Origin: Flaccisagitta enflata
Taxonomy: Eukaryota
Direction of reading: 5' to 3'
DNA: 64,000 nucleotides
Assembly (NCBI GenBank): GCA_965153355.1
Contig: OZ231126.1
Location: 14,322,001 to 14,386,000, forward strand
Part shown: positions 25,397 to 38,686 of the stretch, one piece after another
Position numbering within the stretch: the first letter of the stretch is position 1
How the letters are laid out: each line of letters begins with the position of its first letter
Position numbers and translations under genes: made by a program
Notes under the pieces: generated by a model
Told to the model about the DNA's origin: nothing
Seen by the model: the letters and a program-made list of their open reading frames with translations, nothing else
The model's database searches: none

Positions 25397-28300
25397 TTAA
25401 TCTGAATCCAGCTCCAATCGGACGATCTTCGACCGATCCTTGAGAACAATCTTGCCGTCGGGGCGTAGGATCTGTGCTTTCCGGACATGACCACCAGATC
25501 CTTCCACTTCGACGACGCGTCCCAAAGACCACTGATGCCGATGAAGCGTCTCGTCAACGATGATGACCAATGCATCTTTTTTAATGTTCACTTCCGACTT
25601 TGTCCATTTACTCCTTGCGTGCAGCAACTGAAGGTATTCGGCGCGCCATACCTTCCAGAAGGCGTCGACGCGGGCCTGTGCGTTTCTCCATCGGCATCTC
25701 GTTCCCACGGCGTCGTTTCCGGTCTCTGGAGGGAGAATAGCTGCCGACGAGTGCGAGAACGTAGACGGATGCAAGATGTTCACCGGCCTCAGCGCCGATG
25801 TATCGCTAGGATCGTCGCTCAAAGGCGTGAGAGGTCGACGGTTGAGAATTCCTTCCACCTCAATCACTGCCGTTTGGAAGACGTCGTAATGGAGCACGTG
25901 ACCGGAAGTAATGGACGCCAAGTGTTTTTTGAAAAGGGATACGACCCTTTCCCATACGCCGCCGTAATGAGGAGTCCCAGGAGGAATGAAGTCCCATTGG
26001 AGTCCATGCTGCTGCAGAGCCACCGTCGACGACGCGTTCCACGACTGCATCTCCTCCTTCATGACGCGATTTGCCCCAACCAGGTTGGTGCCACAGTCTG
26101 ATATGAATCGACGCACCGTTTGCCGTCTCGCCGCGAATCGAATGATGGCATTGATCATTGCCTCTGTGTCCATTTTAAACAAAACCTCCACATGCACCGC
26201 CCTCGAAACCATGCAGGTAAACACCACTGCCCAGACTTTATGGTCCGCCCTGCCGTTCAGTTTCACCAGGAAGTGGCCCATACAGTCAAGTCCCACCTCC
26301 TCGAAGGGCGCTGTTGGAATTAGCCGTCGTTGAGGGAGAGGCGCCATCTGTTGCTTCATAGGATCTTTGAAGTTTCTTTGGCACGTGACGCAATGGTGGA
26401 TGACTGTTTTTACCGCCTGGAGACCTCGAAGAATCCACACAAAGCGTCGCAGTTGGCATAAGACGTGTTTTGGGCCTGCATGAAGATCCTGATGATGAAC
26501 GTGGCGAATCAGAGAAGTGACGTTTGGATCCTTCGATGGGAGAATCATCGGGTATTTCTCATCATGGCCAATATCCGCATTCACCAGTCTGCTCCCGACA
26601 CGCATCGTCCCTTTCTCGTCAACAACCGGATTGTGATGACGTAGAGATTTGCAGATCACTTTGGCGCCGGCGTCATTAATCAGCGGCGTCGTTTTTCCCA
26701 CCGCCTTCAACTTGGTTATCTCTCCATGGAAATGTTTGAACTGGATTGCGTTCAAGCGGCGTTGTGCGTCGTACAACTCAGCCATAGATACAGATGGATT
26801 TGGCAGCGTCGTCGCCGCTGCTCTGGTTTTTGCCTTCACCTTCTGTCTCCATCGCTGCGCGCACTTCACAATCACGGCGATCAAACGCAATTTCGCCACC
26901 CATTCCTGGCGACGGGCTGCCACTGCGTAGGCGAACATTTCCTTCTCCTTCTCCCCCTCCTCTTCTTCCACCGCTTCTGTCGCGACGGCGTTGATTGATG
27001 CCTCCGGCGCCGTCGCAATATTCATTACCGGCCACTCAGATTTGGGAAGGTAGAGAAACTTTGGACCGAAATGGAAGATGTCCCATTTTTCTTTGTCGCC
27101 GGCGTCAATACCCCGCGAACAATAGTCCGCGGGGTTATTCTCCGAATCAACCCACCTCCATTGAGAATCACTTGAGCCGCTGTGGATTTTTGAAAGTCGG
27201 TTTGCGAAGAAGCTCGGACGTTTAGATTTATGGTCGAAAATCATCTTCAGCACCGCCTCTGAATCTGACCAGAGCGTCACCATGTCCTCGGTTACCTTTG
27301 GAATGGTCCTCTTGATGAACAGTTTGAGTTTCACCGCTTTCTCTGCCGCTGTCATTTCTAACCTCGGCACTGAATTGTGGTGCGACGCTTTTGACGCATC
27401 AAGAGGGACGACGTGGGCCTTGGCGCACAAAATGGTAACGCGGATTGTTCCATCCTCATCTTCCACCAACCAATAGCCCACTACTCCAAACCCAGGGATG
27501 GCGGCGTTGCAGAAAATGTGAACTTCTCGTCGAACGGCCTTCACTATGCCCCACTCAATATGGCGCGGAATTTCAATCTGGATCAGCAATGGAGTCGCAG
27601 AGTACCATTTGGCGAAGCGTTTGATCAACGCCTCCTCCATCGTCGAATCCCATCCTTTCTCGGAAGCTCTCGTCAACTGAAGACACCTCCTCCCTTCAAG
27701 GGCGCGGGGCGCTGTGAATCCTAATGGATCATAGTTGTCGGCTTGCATGGAGACCAATTCGCGAGGAGTCGTTGCCACCCTCTTGCATGCTTCTGGATCG
27801 CATCTGAAGATGAAGCAGTCCGTCGACGGCAACCATTGGACCCCCAAGACCTTCGTTGGCTCCTCGAGTTTGGCGCTCAAGTCGACTGCGACGTTCGGAT
27901 CCTCATCCATCACCTCCACCGCGTTCGACTTCCACTTAGTCAGTAAACCGCCGCTCTTCATGGCGATGAGATCTTGCTTCAACTGCAGTGCCTCGTCAAC
28001 TGAATCCGCACCACCAGAGCCGTCATCAACGTAGAAGGCATGTCTTAACATTTCGTAGACATTTTCCGGGAAGTCGGGCTTGATCTTCTCTGCGTGATGG
28101 CGTAAAACATAGCTGGTGACGAGACTCGATGAGACAGATCCAAAGATGTGCGCAAGAAGAGCATCACGACGTTTCTCTCATGCTCTTGTCAGTGAACCAC
28201 ATATATGAACGTGTCCGCGCCTCAGGATGGACGCGGATATTATGAAAGAACGCCTTTATATCGGTCATCAGACCGATTTTATAAAGGCGAAATTTCATAA

Positions 28301-29396
28301 GGACTTCAGTCAAGACGTTCATGATATTCGGGCCTCCAATCAGTAGCTCATTGAGGCAAACGCCGCCAGTTTCCGCGCGTCCATCGTGACAAATCCGCGT
28401 TTTATTTCTTTCCTCCACCACATGGATGGGTAAGTACCAGCGGGGCGATGAGATGCTTGCGTCGTCGTTCTTCGGATCAATCTCAATCGCCACGCCCGTA
28501 TCCACAAATTTGTCCATTTCTTTGAAGACGCGATCGCGGAGGTCATGGTTGTTTGAGAGTTTATACCGGATGCTTTTTGTCCTTTTAATCGTCATCGCCC
28601 GTGCGTTGACAGACTTGATAATCTCGATGATCTTCTCTTTCTCATACCGCCATGGAAGCCCCACGACGTATTTTTGGAGATTCTCGTCGAAGTATATCGT
28701 CTCCATCACCCGCTTCACCGCGCGACGATTCTCTTCAGACTGACCCATTTCTTCCTCTGATACAATGGCGAAGTCATGATAGAACATGCGGTCGAGAGAT
28801 TTGCTCAATGCAACATTATCCACGTGGATTGCGTTAATGACAGCGGTATCGTCCGATCTTCGTCCACTCTTTCCTGCTACAGTCCATCCAAAACCGCATC
28901 TGAAGGCTGTCAAAGATCCTGATGGACCTCTTCTTGCCTCCACAGGCATCGTCGCGTCGTAATGGGCGGCGCCGATGATTAATTGGACAGGACCATTTAC
29001 TTTTGGAAATGGAATGTTGCGAAGATGAGATTGACTTGTGAAGTCGCGTTGGCATGGAGCAATATCCGCCTCACCCGTCAATAACTCTCCCGTTAGTGCG
29101 TTGCTGATGTGGACGTTGTATTCCTCGTCAATCGATGAAAGGATAAAGGACGCCAAAACTTTCTCCTCCACCACTTCACAATTGACCGTATGCACGCGCA
29201 TCAGCATCTTTTTGGTTGGTAAGTCTAATTTTTTAACGATTTGAAGCGATAAAACGTCACGATCCGCACCGCTGTCAATCATCCCCAACACTACGGTGGA
29301 ACGGCCCGTCGAGGCGTTGGTGATTTTTACAGGAACAATCGGTCGCGTGACATCATCCTCCGCGACCACCGTCCTCATCGCGGAGGTGGCAGCGAG
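25397..29396 (-). pseudogene. pol: pol of element B (protease, RT, RNase H, integrase), frameshifted near 28170
   Basis: GMIDSGADRD (protease), FYVDDG (RT), VHIFCNAA (RNase H with catalytic D->N), HHCC zinc motif, GLDCMG / ISDCGTN / GVWERVV (DDE integrase), FWKVWRAEYL C-terminal BEL domain. Confidence 0.93.
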
Positions 29397-32300
29397 TCAC
29401 GCCTCCATCACTCTTCCTTCATCAGATGCAGAGTCATCCGTCGACGAGCTGCTTGGGGGCGCTGGAGGAACGGTTTTGGAGGCGGCAGCGGCTGCGGCTA
29501 ATGCGGCGGCATTCGGCGTCTTGAACGTGATTCCTTCTCCATTCCCTCTCGGCTTGAATTGGCGGTCGTGTAGCAAAGTTGCGTGTCTCTTATTGCAGGA
29601 TGAGCATGTTGGCTTGTCTTTGCAGTCCTGCGCCGAATGGTTTGGGCAGAAACAATGAAAGCATAGACGTTTCTCAGCCAACTTCTTCACACGATCCTCT
29701 GCTGACGGGATGGCTTCTAAAACGTTGCACGAATGGGAATTATGACGACCTCCACAAATATTGCAGATGTCGTTGGGTTGTTGCTTCGGAGGTGAGTTGA
29801 CGAGCTGTTCCTTAAACGTCGCCGGACCAACTGCCGTCGCTGCAACCTTTGTCGGTTTCGGCGCCATGCGTGTTGGTTCTTTGAGGTTGTTGTACGACAC
29901 CCAATGCTTCACCTCCTCGATGAGTTCTTGGAAGCCGTAAGCCGTGCCATGGCGAGCTTGTTCACGCGCGCTCGCTTTCCAATAGTCCGTCGAGATGTGT
30001 GGCACCCTCGCGTTGATGATGCGGCGGATGTGGACGTCACGATCACACTCTCCAGGTACATTCAGCAATTCTGCGACGCTTTCCAGTTTGTACATCGTGC
30101 CAATCAATGCTTGATGGGCTCTCATGTCGTTTTCTGGAACCTTTCCTTTCCTGCAGATGCTGTCGACGGCCGATTGGAATGGGTTGGCGCTCGTGTTGAA
30201 CATCTCGTCCAGGCGTCTCCACAAGGTGCTGTAGACACGGCGCATATTGTGCTCCTTGATGATGAGATGTTGACCGTCGATGATTTCCTTCGCTGGATTC
30301 GCGAAGACGTTGGCCAATTCAGTCACTTTGTCGATTTCGTCTAGCTCGATGTTGGAGGCGGCATTTTCAAATTTGGATTTGGCAATGATATAGTCGATCG
30401 GCTCGAGGTATCCATACGCTTCTCTTGGACGTGCTGCGCGCATTTCCCTCAATCCCACGTCCTTTGCTCTGACGCGGGCGTCGTAGGCGATCGGATTGTC
30501 GATGAAAGAGACCGCGTTCATCCTCTCGGCGAAGGACTGCGAATGCGCGAGGCCGTTTTGCGCGGAGTCACTTCCGGTTTGACGTCTTTGATACGTAGGA
30601 GGCGACGGCGTTGGGGGTGGCGTCTTCCTCGACTTCCGTCGTCGCGAACCCTTCGTCATCGAAGACGTTGTCGACCAGGGGGCGCTGACTCCCGCGTACA
30701 TTTCGGGATGCTTGCGGAGCTGGAAGATCACCCGCGATTTGGCGGACGATGACGGGTGAGCTTGGTGATGGCGGCGTCGATTTGCGCGGTGGAACACGTG
30801 TCTGCAAAACGACGCTGTCCTCCAGGTTGAGATCGCTGATTAATTGTTGGACCCTTGCCATCGCGTCCGCGTGATCCATCGCGTTCTTTTCTTGCTCCGC
30901 TGCATCCTGTCTCGTGCGCAGTTGCTCGTGGAGAGGATGTTCACGTGCGGCTGGGGGTGGCGTCTTGGATGACAGTTGTTTCTGCTGACTTTTCTTTGCG
31001 CCTCTCTCCTCTTCCTCTCCTCTTCCTCTTTCCTTTTCTTCTCTTCCTCCTTTTTCTTTTCTTCGCGTCTTTTCTTCTCCTCCATCCTCTTCCTTTCTTC
31101 CGCGTCTCTTTTGGCCACCGCCTTCCTTCTCTCCTCCTCTGCTTTCCTCTCCGCTTCTTTCTCTTCTTTCTTCCTCTCTCCTTTCTCTCTTTTCCTGTGC
31201 GATCTTGTTCTTCAAGTTCGTCCTCCTTTTTTCCTCCTGCTCCTTTCTCGTCTCCTCTGCCTTCCTTCTCACTTCTTCAGCGTGGATGCGTTGTCTTTCC
31301 TCCTCCTCCTCCTTCTCCTTCTTCCTCCTCTCCTCCTCCTCCCTTCTTTTCCTCTCGTCGATCCCGGCCGTGACCGCGTCTGTCCGGGCAGTAACGGCTG
31401 CGTCTAATGCGATGTTTGCCGTCAGCTGCCGGGCGTTCTCTTCCCGTTGTTGGGATACAGATTGCGAACTGAGACGGAATCTTGTGTTTGCGCGTGCTTC
31501 TCTCGCCACCGAGCGTCGAACTTGGTTGACGTCGTTGACGAGACGTTTGACGACATGCACCATCGCGTCGCCTTGAGCGTCTCTGTCGCCATCAATAATT
31601 GACTGCTGTAGCATGTCGAGAAGATCTTGTGTGGGAGGGGCGCCGCCAACGGCGCCTGGAGGGAGGTCGGCGTCGGCGTTCGGCCATGACGTTTCCATCG
31701 CGTCGTCGGCGTCGTCGCCTTCATCGTCTCTGGCTGACATAAAACGCGACCTCGCTGGCGTCACCGGCGTTGGAGGTTCAAAGTTTATACGTATTTCCTT
31801 GGCGTCTTCTATCGCGCCTGGCGTATGGGGCGGCGCGTTGTGACGTTGCTCCGCTGCATTGAGATTCGCTGCTTCCGTACCGACGGGCAAGTCGTCCTCT
31901 CCCGCGTCTTCATCGTCGCCGGTCACGTTCGGCGTTGATTTGCGTCGTCGTGAGAGGGATTGGACAAAATGCGTCGACGACCCCATCGTCATCTCGAGAG
32001 CGCGTTTTGCTCCAGTCTCTGGTGACTCGTCGTGGATATCGTGGTAAGTCGGCAGGAACAAGTGTGAGGCAAAAGTGTTTTTATCGTGGAAGCATGATTG
32101 GTCCCACAGTTTCCGTACTTCCGTCAATGAGCTTTCGGCCGTCGATAATAGTGACGCCGCTTTGTCGGGATTGTTCGTCGACTCTGCATGTGCGTAAGTC
32201 TTTGTCGTGTTTACAAGTCGCCACGCCGCTAACCACACCTCCTTTCGAAGGCAGTCCATATCTTGGTAAAAGTCCAATATATCGTCATCGTTAAGAGTAT

Positions 32301-32526
32301 CGGCGGTTTTCAACGCCGACATGTAGGCGTTGCGCGTGTTGCGTAGCGCCTTTCGTAATCCGCGAAGCGTCGTGGCCACGGGGTCCATTGCGCCCGCGTA
32401 GACGGACGAGTCGGAAACGACGGACACGCAGTCGGTTGGTCGAAAGGCCTTTCTGCGTTGATTGGGCAGCGAAGGTGGCGGCATTGACATCGCGTCGGCG
32501 TTGGCGTTGTTGTTGGCGGTCGACAT
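29397..32526 (-). pseudogene. gag: gag of element B (~1040 codons, frameshifted)
   Basis: ORFs 30568-32526 and 29397-30797; three BEL-type knuckles CNICGGRHNSHSC, CFHCFCPNHSAQDC, CSSCNKRHATLLH; E/K/R-rich helical segment. Confidence 0.88.
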
Positions 32527-32558
32527 CGTTGACGTTGCGTGGATCGTTGATGGTTTTT

Positions 32559-32570
32559 GATTCCACGAAT
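32559..32570 (-). promoter_or_regulatory. Non-tRNA primer-binding position ATTCGTGGAATC (candidate self-priming site)
   Basis: Abuts the LTR-terminal CA; exact reverse complement of the sense 12-mer GATTCCACGAAT at 32734-32723. Confidence 0.7.
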
Positions 32571-33360
32571 TGAGAGCGTTTAGCGTCTAGTTTCTTAGCA
32601 AGCTCCTGATGCGTAATCGCGAGAACTGACTCCACTGCGTAGCTGCGCTAATGATTTGGAACGCACACCCGCTTAGAACGAATTGTTGAGATGAGCGGTC
32701 AAGTTGTCCGCGAAATCAGTCTATTCGTGGAATCCTGACGGACAGAGAAAAGGAAAAAGGTTAGGACAAACTCTGTACATCAATGAAAGATACTTCTGTA
32801 AGGCGCCAAAAATGATAAAAAGGTCAAGGACTTACACGGATGTTGTCGAACGGTTTCCAATCTAGGCGCAGGGCAGGGAAGTCGGGGAAAAAGCATCAAA
32901 ATCGAGTCTTTAACTGAGATCGTGAAATCGAATGTCAGTAAGAAAGTCAGGGAAGCTACTTTTACTTAACCTGGAAATAACAACAAAAATGAATCAAAGC
33001 ATCACGAGATTTGAAATTATTTGGCAGCAATGGAACAATGATAAATGGAATCGTCACGTCGTGGGAATTTGATAGAGGGGTCGAAGTCTTTTCTCCTCTA
33101 AGCGGTTGAGGAGATATAGTTCATCAATCCTCAACCGGAAGTCAGCGCTTCCGGCGCGCGCGCGCGTTCCTCCCCTTCCTCCGTCGATCGAAGATCTCTC
33201 TCCTTCTCCTCGATTTCCTCCACTCTGCAGTCGAGCAGACGCCATCTTGGATTTTCGGCAGCGAGAGAGCCTCTCCTCTTCTTCGGGATCCGCGGAGTCG
33301 ACTGCATCCGATCGAGCGCTTCTTGACCTGGATATGGTGGGGAATGTGCAGAATGTCACA
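32571..33360 (-). repeat. 5' LTR of element B
   Basis: Direct repeat of 20893-21682; GC-rich U3 with CCGGAAG and AAGATGGCG motifs, Inr-like TCAGTT at 32917-32912, candidate intron 32835-32735. Confidence 0.97.
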
Positions 33361-34401
33361 TACACAAACAGGAAATTTTGGTTTCACTTTACTTTTTGCT
33401 TGTGATATAGATTTAAAATAAAAAGATATTATTGAGATTTTAGTTAATTATTTTTGATATAATTTATAAGGAGTCTGAACAATGTTTTTAAACCCAGAAT
33501 ACTAATAATGGTTTCATAACAATCAGAAATAGAAATTGAATGTTTGAATTCCTCAGAAAAATAGTGAACAAAATTAAAAAATATTGTTAGGTGAAATTAT
33601 ATCATGTCCTCAGTAAAGAAAATTTTGCATTTCTAAGATCATGGCCCTTTTCTTATATGTTTTTAAAAAGAGGCCATGTTCTTGGAAATACAAATTTTTT
33701 TTATTTCTATGCACCTAACAGGAATGAGATGACAAAGTATAATTTTCTATAAAAAATCTTCCTTTCTGTACCTTTTTTCAATATATTATGTACATTAAAT
33801 TTGTATGTCAGAGATTAACTATGCAAAAGTTTATTGTTCAACACTTAAAAAATGTTTTTTCAACAAAAAAAATTATAAAAAAATGATATAAAAAATATCT
33901 AAAAAAATTGAAATGAACCATGAAATTTCTTTTTCCCTTACACTGCGTCATATGTTCTTCTTTACATGTCAGGCTGATCGTATCGATATTCTCCTTACAG
34001 CATAACAAATTGTAACATATAAAAAAATATATAGAAAGACAAATTGATGAACCCACCATTTAAAAGAAAGTCTCCGATATTTGCTGTCATCATTCTTAAA
34101 GATGGGTGGCTAAACTTATGTCCCGCCCCTGATATTTCTTGCATCAATCTCCACAGGCTCATCACTCAGTGCTATGTATAATAGTGACGAGCCATCCAGT
34201 CCACGGCTTGTCTTACACATCGTTCACGTTCTTTCCTCAACCTCAAAATGTGGTTTATCGTTCCCAGGGTATTCGCAAAACCTTGATTAACCCTTTTTCT
34301 CCTCCGAAGGCGATCAGGCGATAGTCCTAATGAGGTACGCAGGACTGAGAGTGATGCCATGGTATCGGCGACGTGCCTTCACTATGCCTGGGCCCTGACT
34401 G

Positions 34402-34692
<291 letters not shown>

Positions 34693-35789
34693 TATGCACG
34701 CGTGTTCCATGTTACTCCTGATTGACGTTTCCATTGAAAACCGATTTGCCAATTTAGACTCGAGTAATTTCGACTCTTTGACGTCATGACACCAATTAAC
34801 AAGTGAGAAGTTGGGGCAGAAGGCAGAGGGCGTCATTTGGAAATCATGAACGAGATCTAAATTGAAATCTCAGAAATAATCTTAATCAAGATCCAACTTG
34901 CCATGAATTAAACCAATGACTGAAATATTGAATATTGGCGCAATTTCTGTGAGATGAGTTATCAAACGAAGAGCTTTCTGAGCTCTCTGAGCTTTCTGAG
35001 CTTTCTGAGCTTTCTGAGCCCTCTCATCAAACAAACAAATCGCTCCTCTCCAATTTCTCCCACCTTTTTTTGCCTTGAAATCTTGGAGGGGAAATAAGTT
35101 ATCGCGTTGGAACGAACGGAATTTAAAGACCACCTCAGTTTCCCTCAGGCAGCTGAGATTCATATAATGGATTACTTGAATATACTTTTCCCCAGCGCTC
35201 TCTTAGTCTTGCCTTTTTGTCTACACTATAGATCTTTCTTAACTATGAAACTCGTCATTCCCTCATATCTCTATTACTCGTCCGTCGGTCCGTCCATTAC
35301 GTGCGTGTCTCTACAACAAGTCCACCCCCATCCACACCCTTGCCCACCCCACACACAATCACGCACATAAATATGTGCCTTTTCGCTTCTTCAACTCGAT
35401 CACCTCGGACGAACCAACGCGACGGACCAACGGACCGATGGATGGAGAGACGGGCAAAGCCTCTTAAATGGAGTTGCGTGTCCGCAACAAAAAACCACAA
35501 CGCGTACGCACTGAGTTGCACATACGGTCTTGTTTGTCCTTTTTTTCCCCCGTCCTGTTTTAATTTCCGTTTACGCCCACACACCGATTTTCTGCGAGGG
35601 TGCCGTGATTTTGGGAGAATTAAAAGAAGAAGAGGCACGAAACAGAAAAAGAGTGTTTGGGCGGTGCTTAATGTTGATTCATCCCAATTCAGTGAATCAC
35701 TTCACTCTTCAGCTTCGTTAGAGATGAGGAGAAAAAGGAGAAGAGTGACTGAGAGCAAATTGTTTCAGACGAAACGATGGCAGACGAAG

Positions 35790-35809
35790 TTGAAGAAGAA
35801 GAAGAAGGA

Positions 35810-35841
<32 letters not shown>

Positions 35842-36120
35842 AGAAGAAGAAAAAGAAAAAGAAAAAGAAAAAGAAAAAGAAAAAGAAGAAGAAGAAGAAA
35901 AAGAAGAAGCAGAAAAAGAAAAAGAAAAAGAAAAAGAAAAAGAAAAAGAAAAAGGAGAAGGAGAAGAAGAATGAGAGGAAGAAGAAGACGAAGAAGAAGG
36001 AGAGAAAAAAAGAAAATGAGAAAGAAGAAAAAAGAAAAGAATAAGAACAGGAAGAAGAAAAAGAAACAGAAAAGAGAAGAAAAAAAAACGAAGAAAAAAA
36101 AACAGAAGAAAGAAAAGGAA
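35790..36120. repeat. (GAA)n/(GAAAAA)n purine tract; similar tract at ~47515-47870
   Basis: Direct reading. Confidence 0.9.
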
Positions 36121-36188
36121 TGCTGACGTCACAAGAGTTTCACTACACAGGCAACCCGCCCAGGAACCAAAGAAGGATGGGTGAGGGG

Positions 36189-36388
<200 letters not shown>

Positions 36389-36631
36389 TAGACAGACAGA
36401 CAGTCACATAGGTCACTACAACTCTTTCGTAATAAATTACAAAACTAAGTTATTTCAAACGATTTGTTTTCGTTGTCGAAACAAGCCCAGGCGGGCAACT
36501 GGATGCGTCATCTGCGTGATATTAGAAGAGGCGTAACGGACGGACGGACGGACGGACGGACGGACGGACGGACGGACGGATGGACTGACGGACCGACGGA
36601 CGGACGGACGGACGGACAGACCCTCTTATAG

Positions 36632-36939
36632 CAGGCCTGTATATAGTTGAGGGGGGGGGAATAAAATCAAAACGTTTGGAGATGGGGAAAAAATCAAAAG
36701 CTAGAAAAGAAGAAAAAGGAAATTTTTTGAAGATTTAACACTTTTGGTAGTTCCAAATGGTAGTATCTGATTACTACAACACATTTTGACACTATTTAAA
36801 TCTATAACATACTGTTTTATTGCTTTGTGGGGAAGAAAATCATTGATTTTGTAACGCAACGCGACGTGTCGTGGGGAAGAAAATCAAAGGCAGGGGGGGG
36901 GGAATGAAATCAAAAGCCGCTCAACTTTATACACCCCTG
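36632..36939. mobile_element. hAT-type MITE, same family as 15260-15591, opposite orientation
   Basis: CAGGCCTGTATA / TATACACCCCTG termini, 8-bp TSD TCTTATAG. Confidence 0.85.
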
Positions 36940-37513
36940 TCTTATAGAGATGCGATGACCCATCTAAAATAAAAACTGAAGAAACAAACCGATCAATTGT
37001 GTCAAAATTGGGTGGGTCTACCTTCCCAAATAACTCTTTGTATCTTTGGCTTAGATATCTAAAAAGTGCCTTTATCTATATATAGATAAAATTATGATTG
37101 ATGATCGGTACTTGATTGGCAATTGAAATACTACCTCGGCTTTTGAAAACCTTTGGTTTCCAAGAAACAGGGAGTGAAGGTCGAAACTCGAAAGGGCTCT
37201 GGCATTCGTACCGTATAAGTCATGTGCCTCTTTAACTTAACTTCCGTCGTCGTATAATAATCCACGATTCATTTTATACATTTCTGGCTTACCTTACCTT
37301 CTATTCTTATGAATAAAATATCTTTCTTGATAGAAATAGAAGTGCGGATGTCGATTTAATCATAGCCAAATAAGTGTAAACAAGAACGGCGAGATTAAGT
37401 CGTTTAACGTTAACAAGGTGGTGAAAAGACTGGAACACCTCTTCACGACTTATGGTAGGTCAGTAAGTCTAGCAGCAAGGTAGTGCCATGCCACATTTCG
37501 TGAGTTGTAGATA

Positions 37514-37690
37514 CAGTTGAACCCCGCAATAACGGAAGTGAAGGGACTAATAAATTTTGTCTGTTATTGGTGGATTTCTGTTATTGCCAATATAAGAAAT
37601 GAAAAGAATTTATATGAAGGGACTGAAATTTCCTGTGTGTTATTAGTGAATTTCTCTCATTCTTGGATCCAGTTTAGCGGGGTCTAGCTG
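37514..37690. mobile_element. Tc1/mariner (pogo/Tigger-like) MITE, degenerate
   Basis: TA-CAGTTGAACCCCGC ... GCGGGGTCTAGCTG; related to 39544-39711. Confidence 0.7.
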
Positions 37691-37820
37691 TTTTTTGTTA
37701 TTTTTGTTTGTCCCATGAAATGAGAGTAATACCTTGTCATTATAAAATCATTTATGATGTTAAGAGTGAGAACTGAAACAAGTAAGGCTGTGTTACCCCC
37801 CCTCCTCCCCTTTACACACG

Positions 37821-37914
<94 letters not shown>

Positions 37915-38434
37915 GCTCTAGACATACGTAAGTGATAGATGCACTTAAGTTAATTTGACGGAGTAATGTCACAATGAATCAACCTAGTGTTCCGCCACCA
38001 CCTACGCACAGCGCGAATTTGCGCTCTCTTGGCACAGAAAAATGGCGTAAAAATCGAGAGGAAATAACTAAGAGTCCATCAATCAACGTCAATCCGATTC
38101 TGAGCCGTTGTGGCGTGAATTGGAGGGGGGAATGACAAAGTCTTTGTCAAAGAACGCCGACAGGATCATTGACTCTTCCTTTCTTTTTTCTTCCTCCATT
38201 GTTATTGAGAATGGAGAGAAATCCAAACTGTGATCTCATCGATGAGAGTGGGAAAGGGAGGAATGAGATGAAGATTAGGAGTGTTTTGTGTCTGTCTTTA
38301 TACCATTAGTCCATTACCTTTAATAAAGGTCCTTTAATAAAGGTCCTTTAATAAAGGTCCTTTATGTATCCGGAGCGAGAGACAAAGACAGAGACAGTGG
38401 CAGACGAAAACTAGAGGGAGAAAAAGAGAGAAAG

Positions 38435-38686
<252 letters not shown>

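Larger units (their letters stand above)
20893..33360 (-). mobile_element. Full-length BEL/Pao LTR retrotransposon B (12,468 bp), recent insertion
   Basis: 790-bp TG...CA LTRs, 5-bp TSD TACAC (20888-20892, 33361-33365), gag-PR-RT-RH-IN order, PPT before the 3' LTR. Confidence 0.97.

Noticed and set aside
32291-32635. ORF crossing the 5' LTR boundary as an alternative gag start
   Set aside because: GTG start, and out of frame with the gag ATG at 32526.
33054-33405. ~100-aa ORFs on both strands of the element B LTR U3
   Set aside because: GC-rich sequence with starts outside the LTR or at non-ATG codons, and no recognisable domain.
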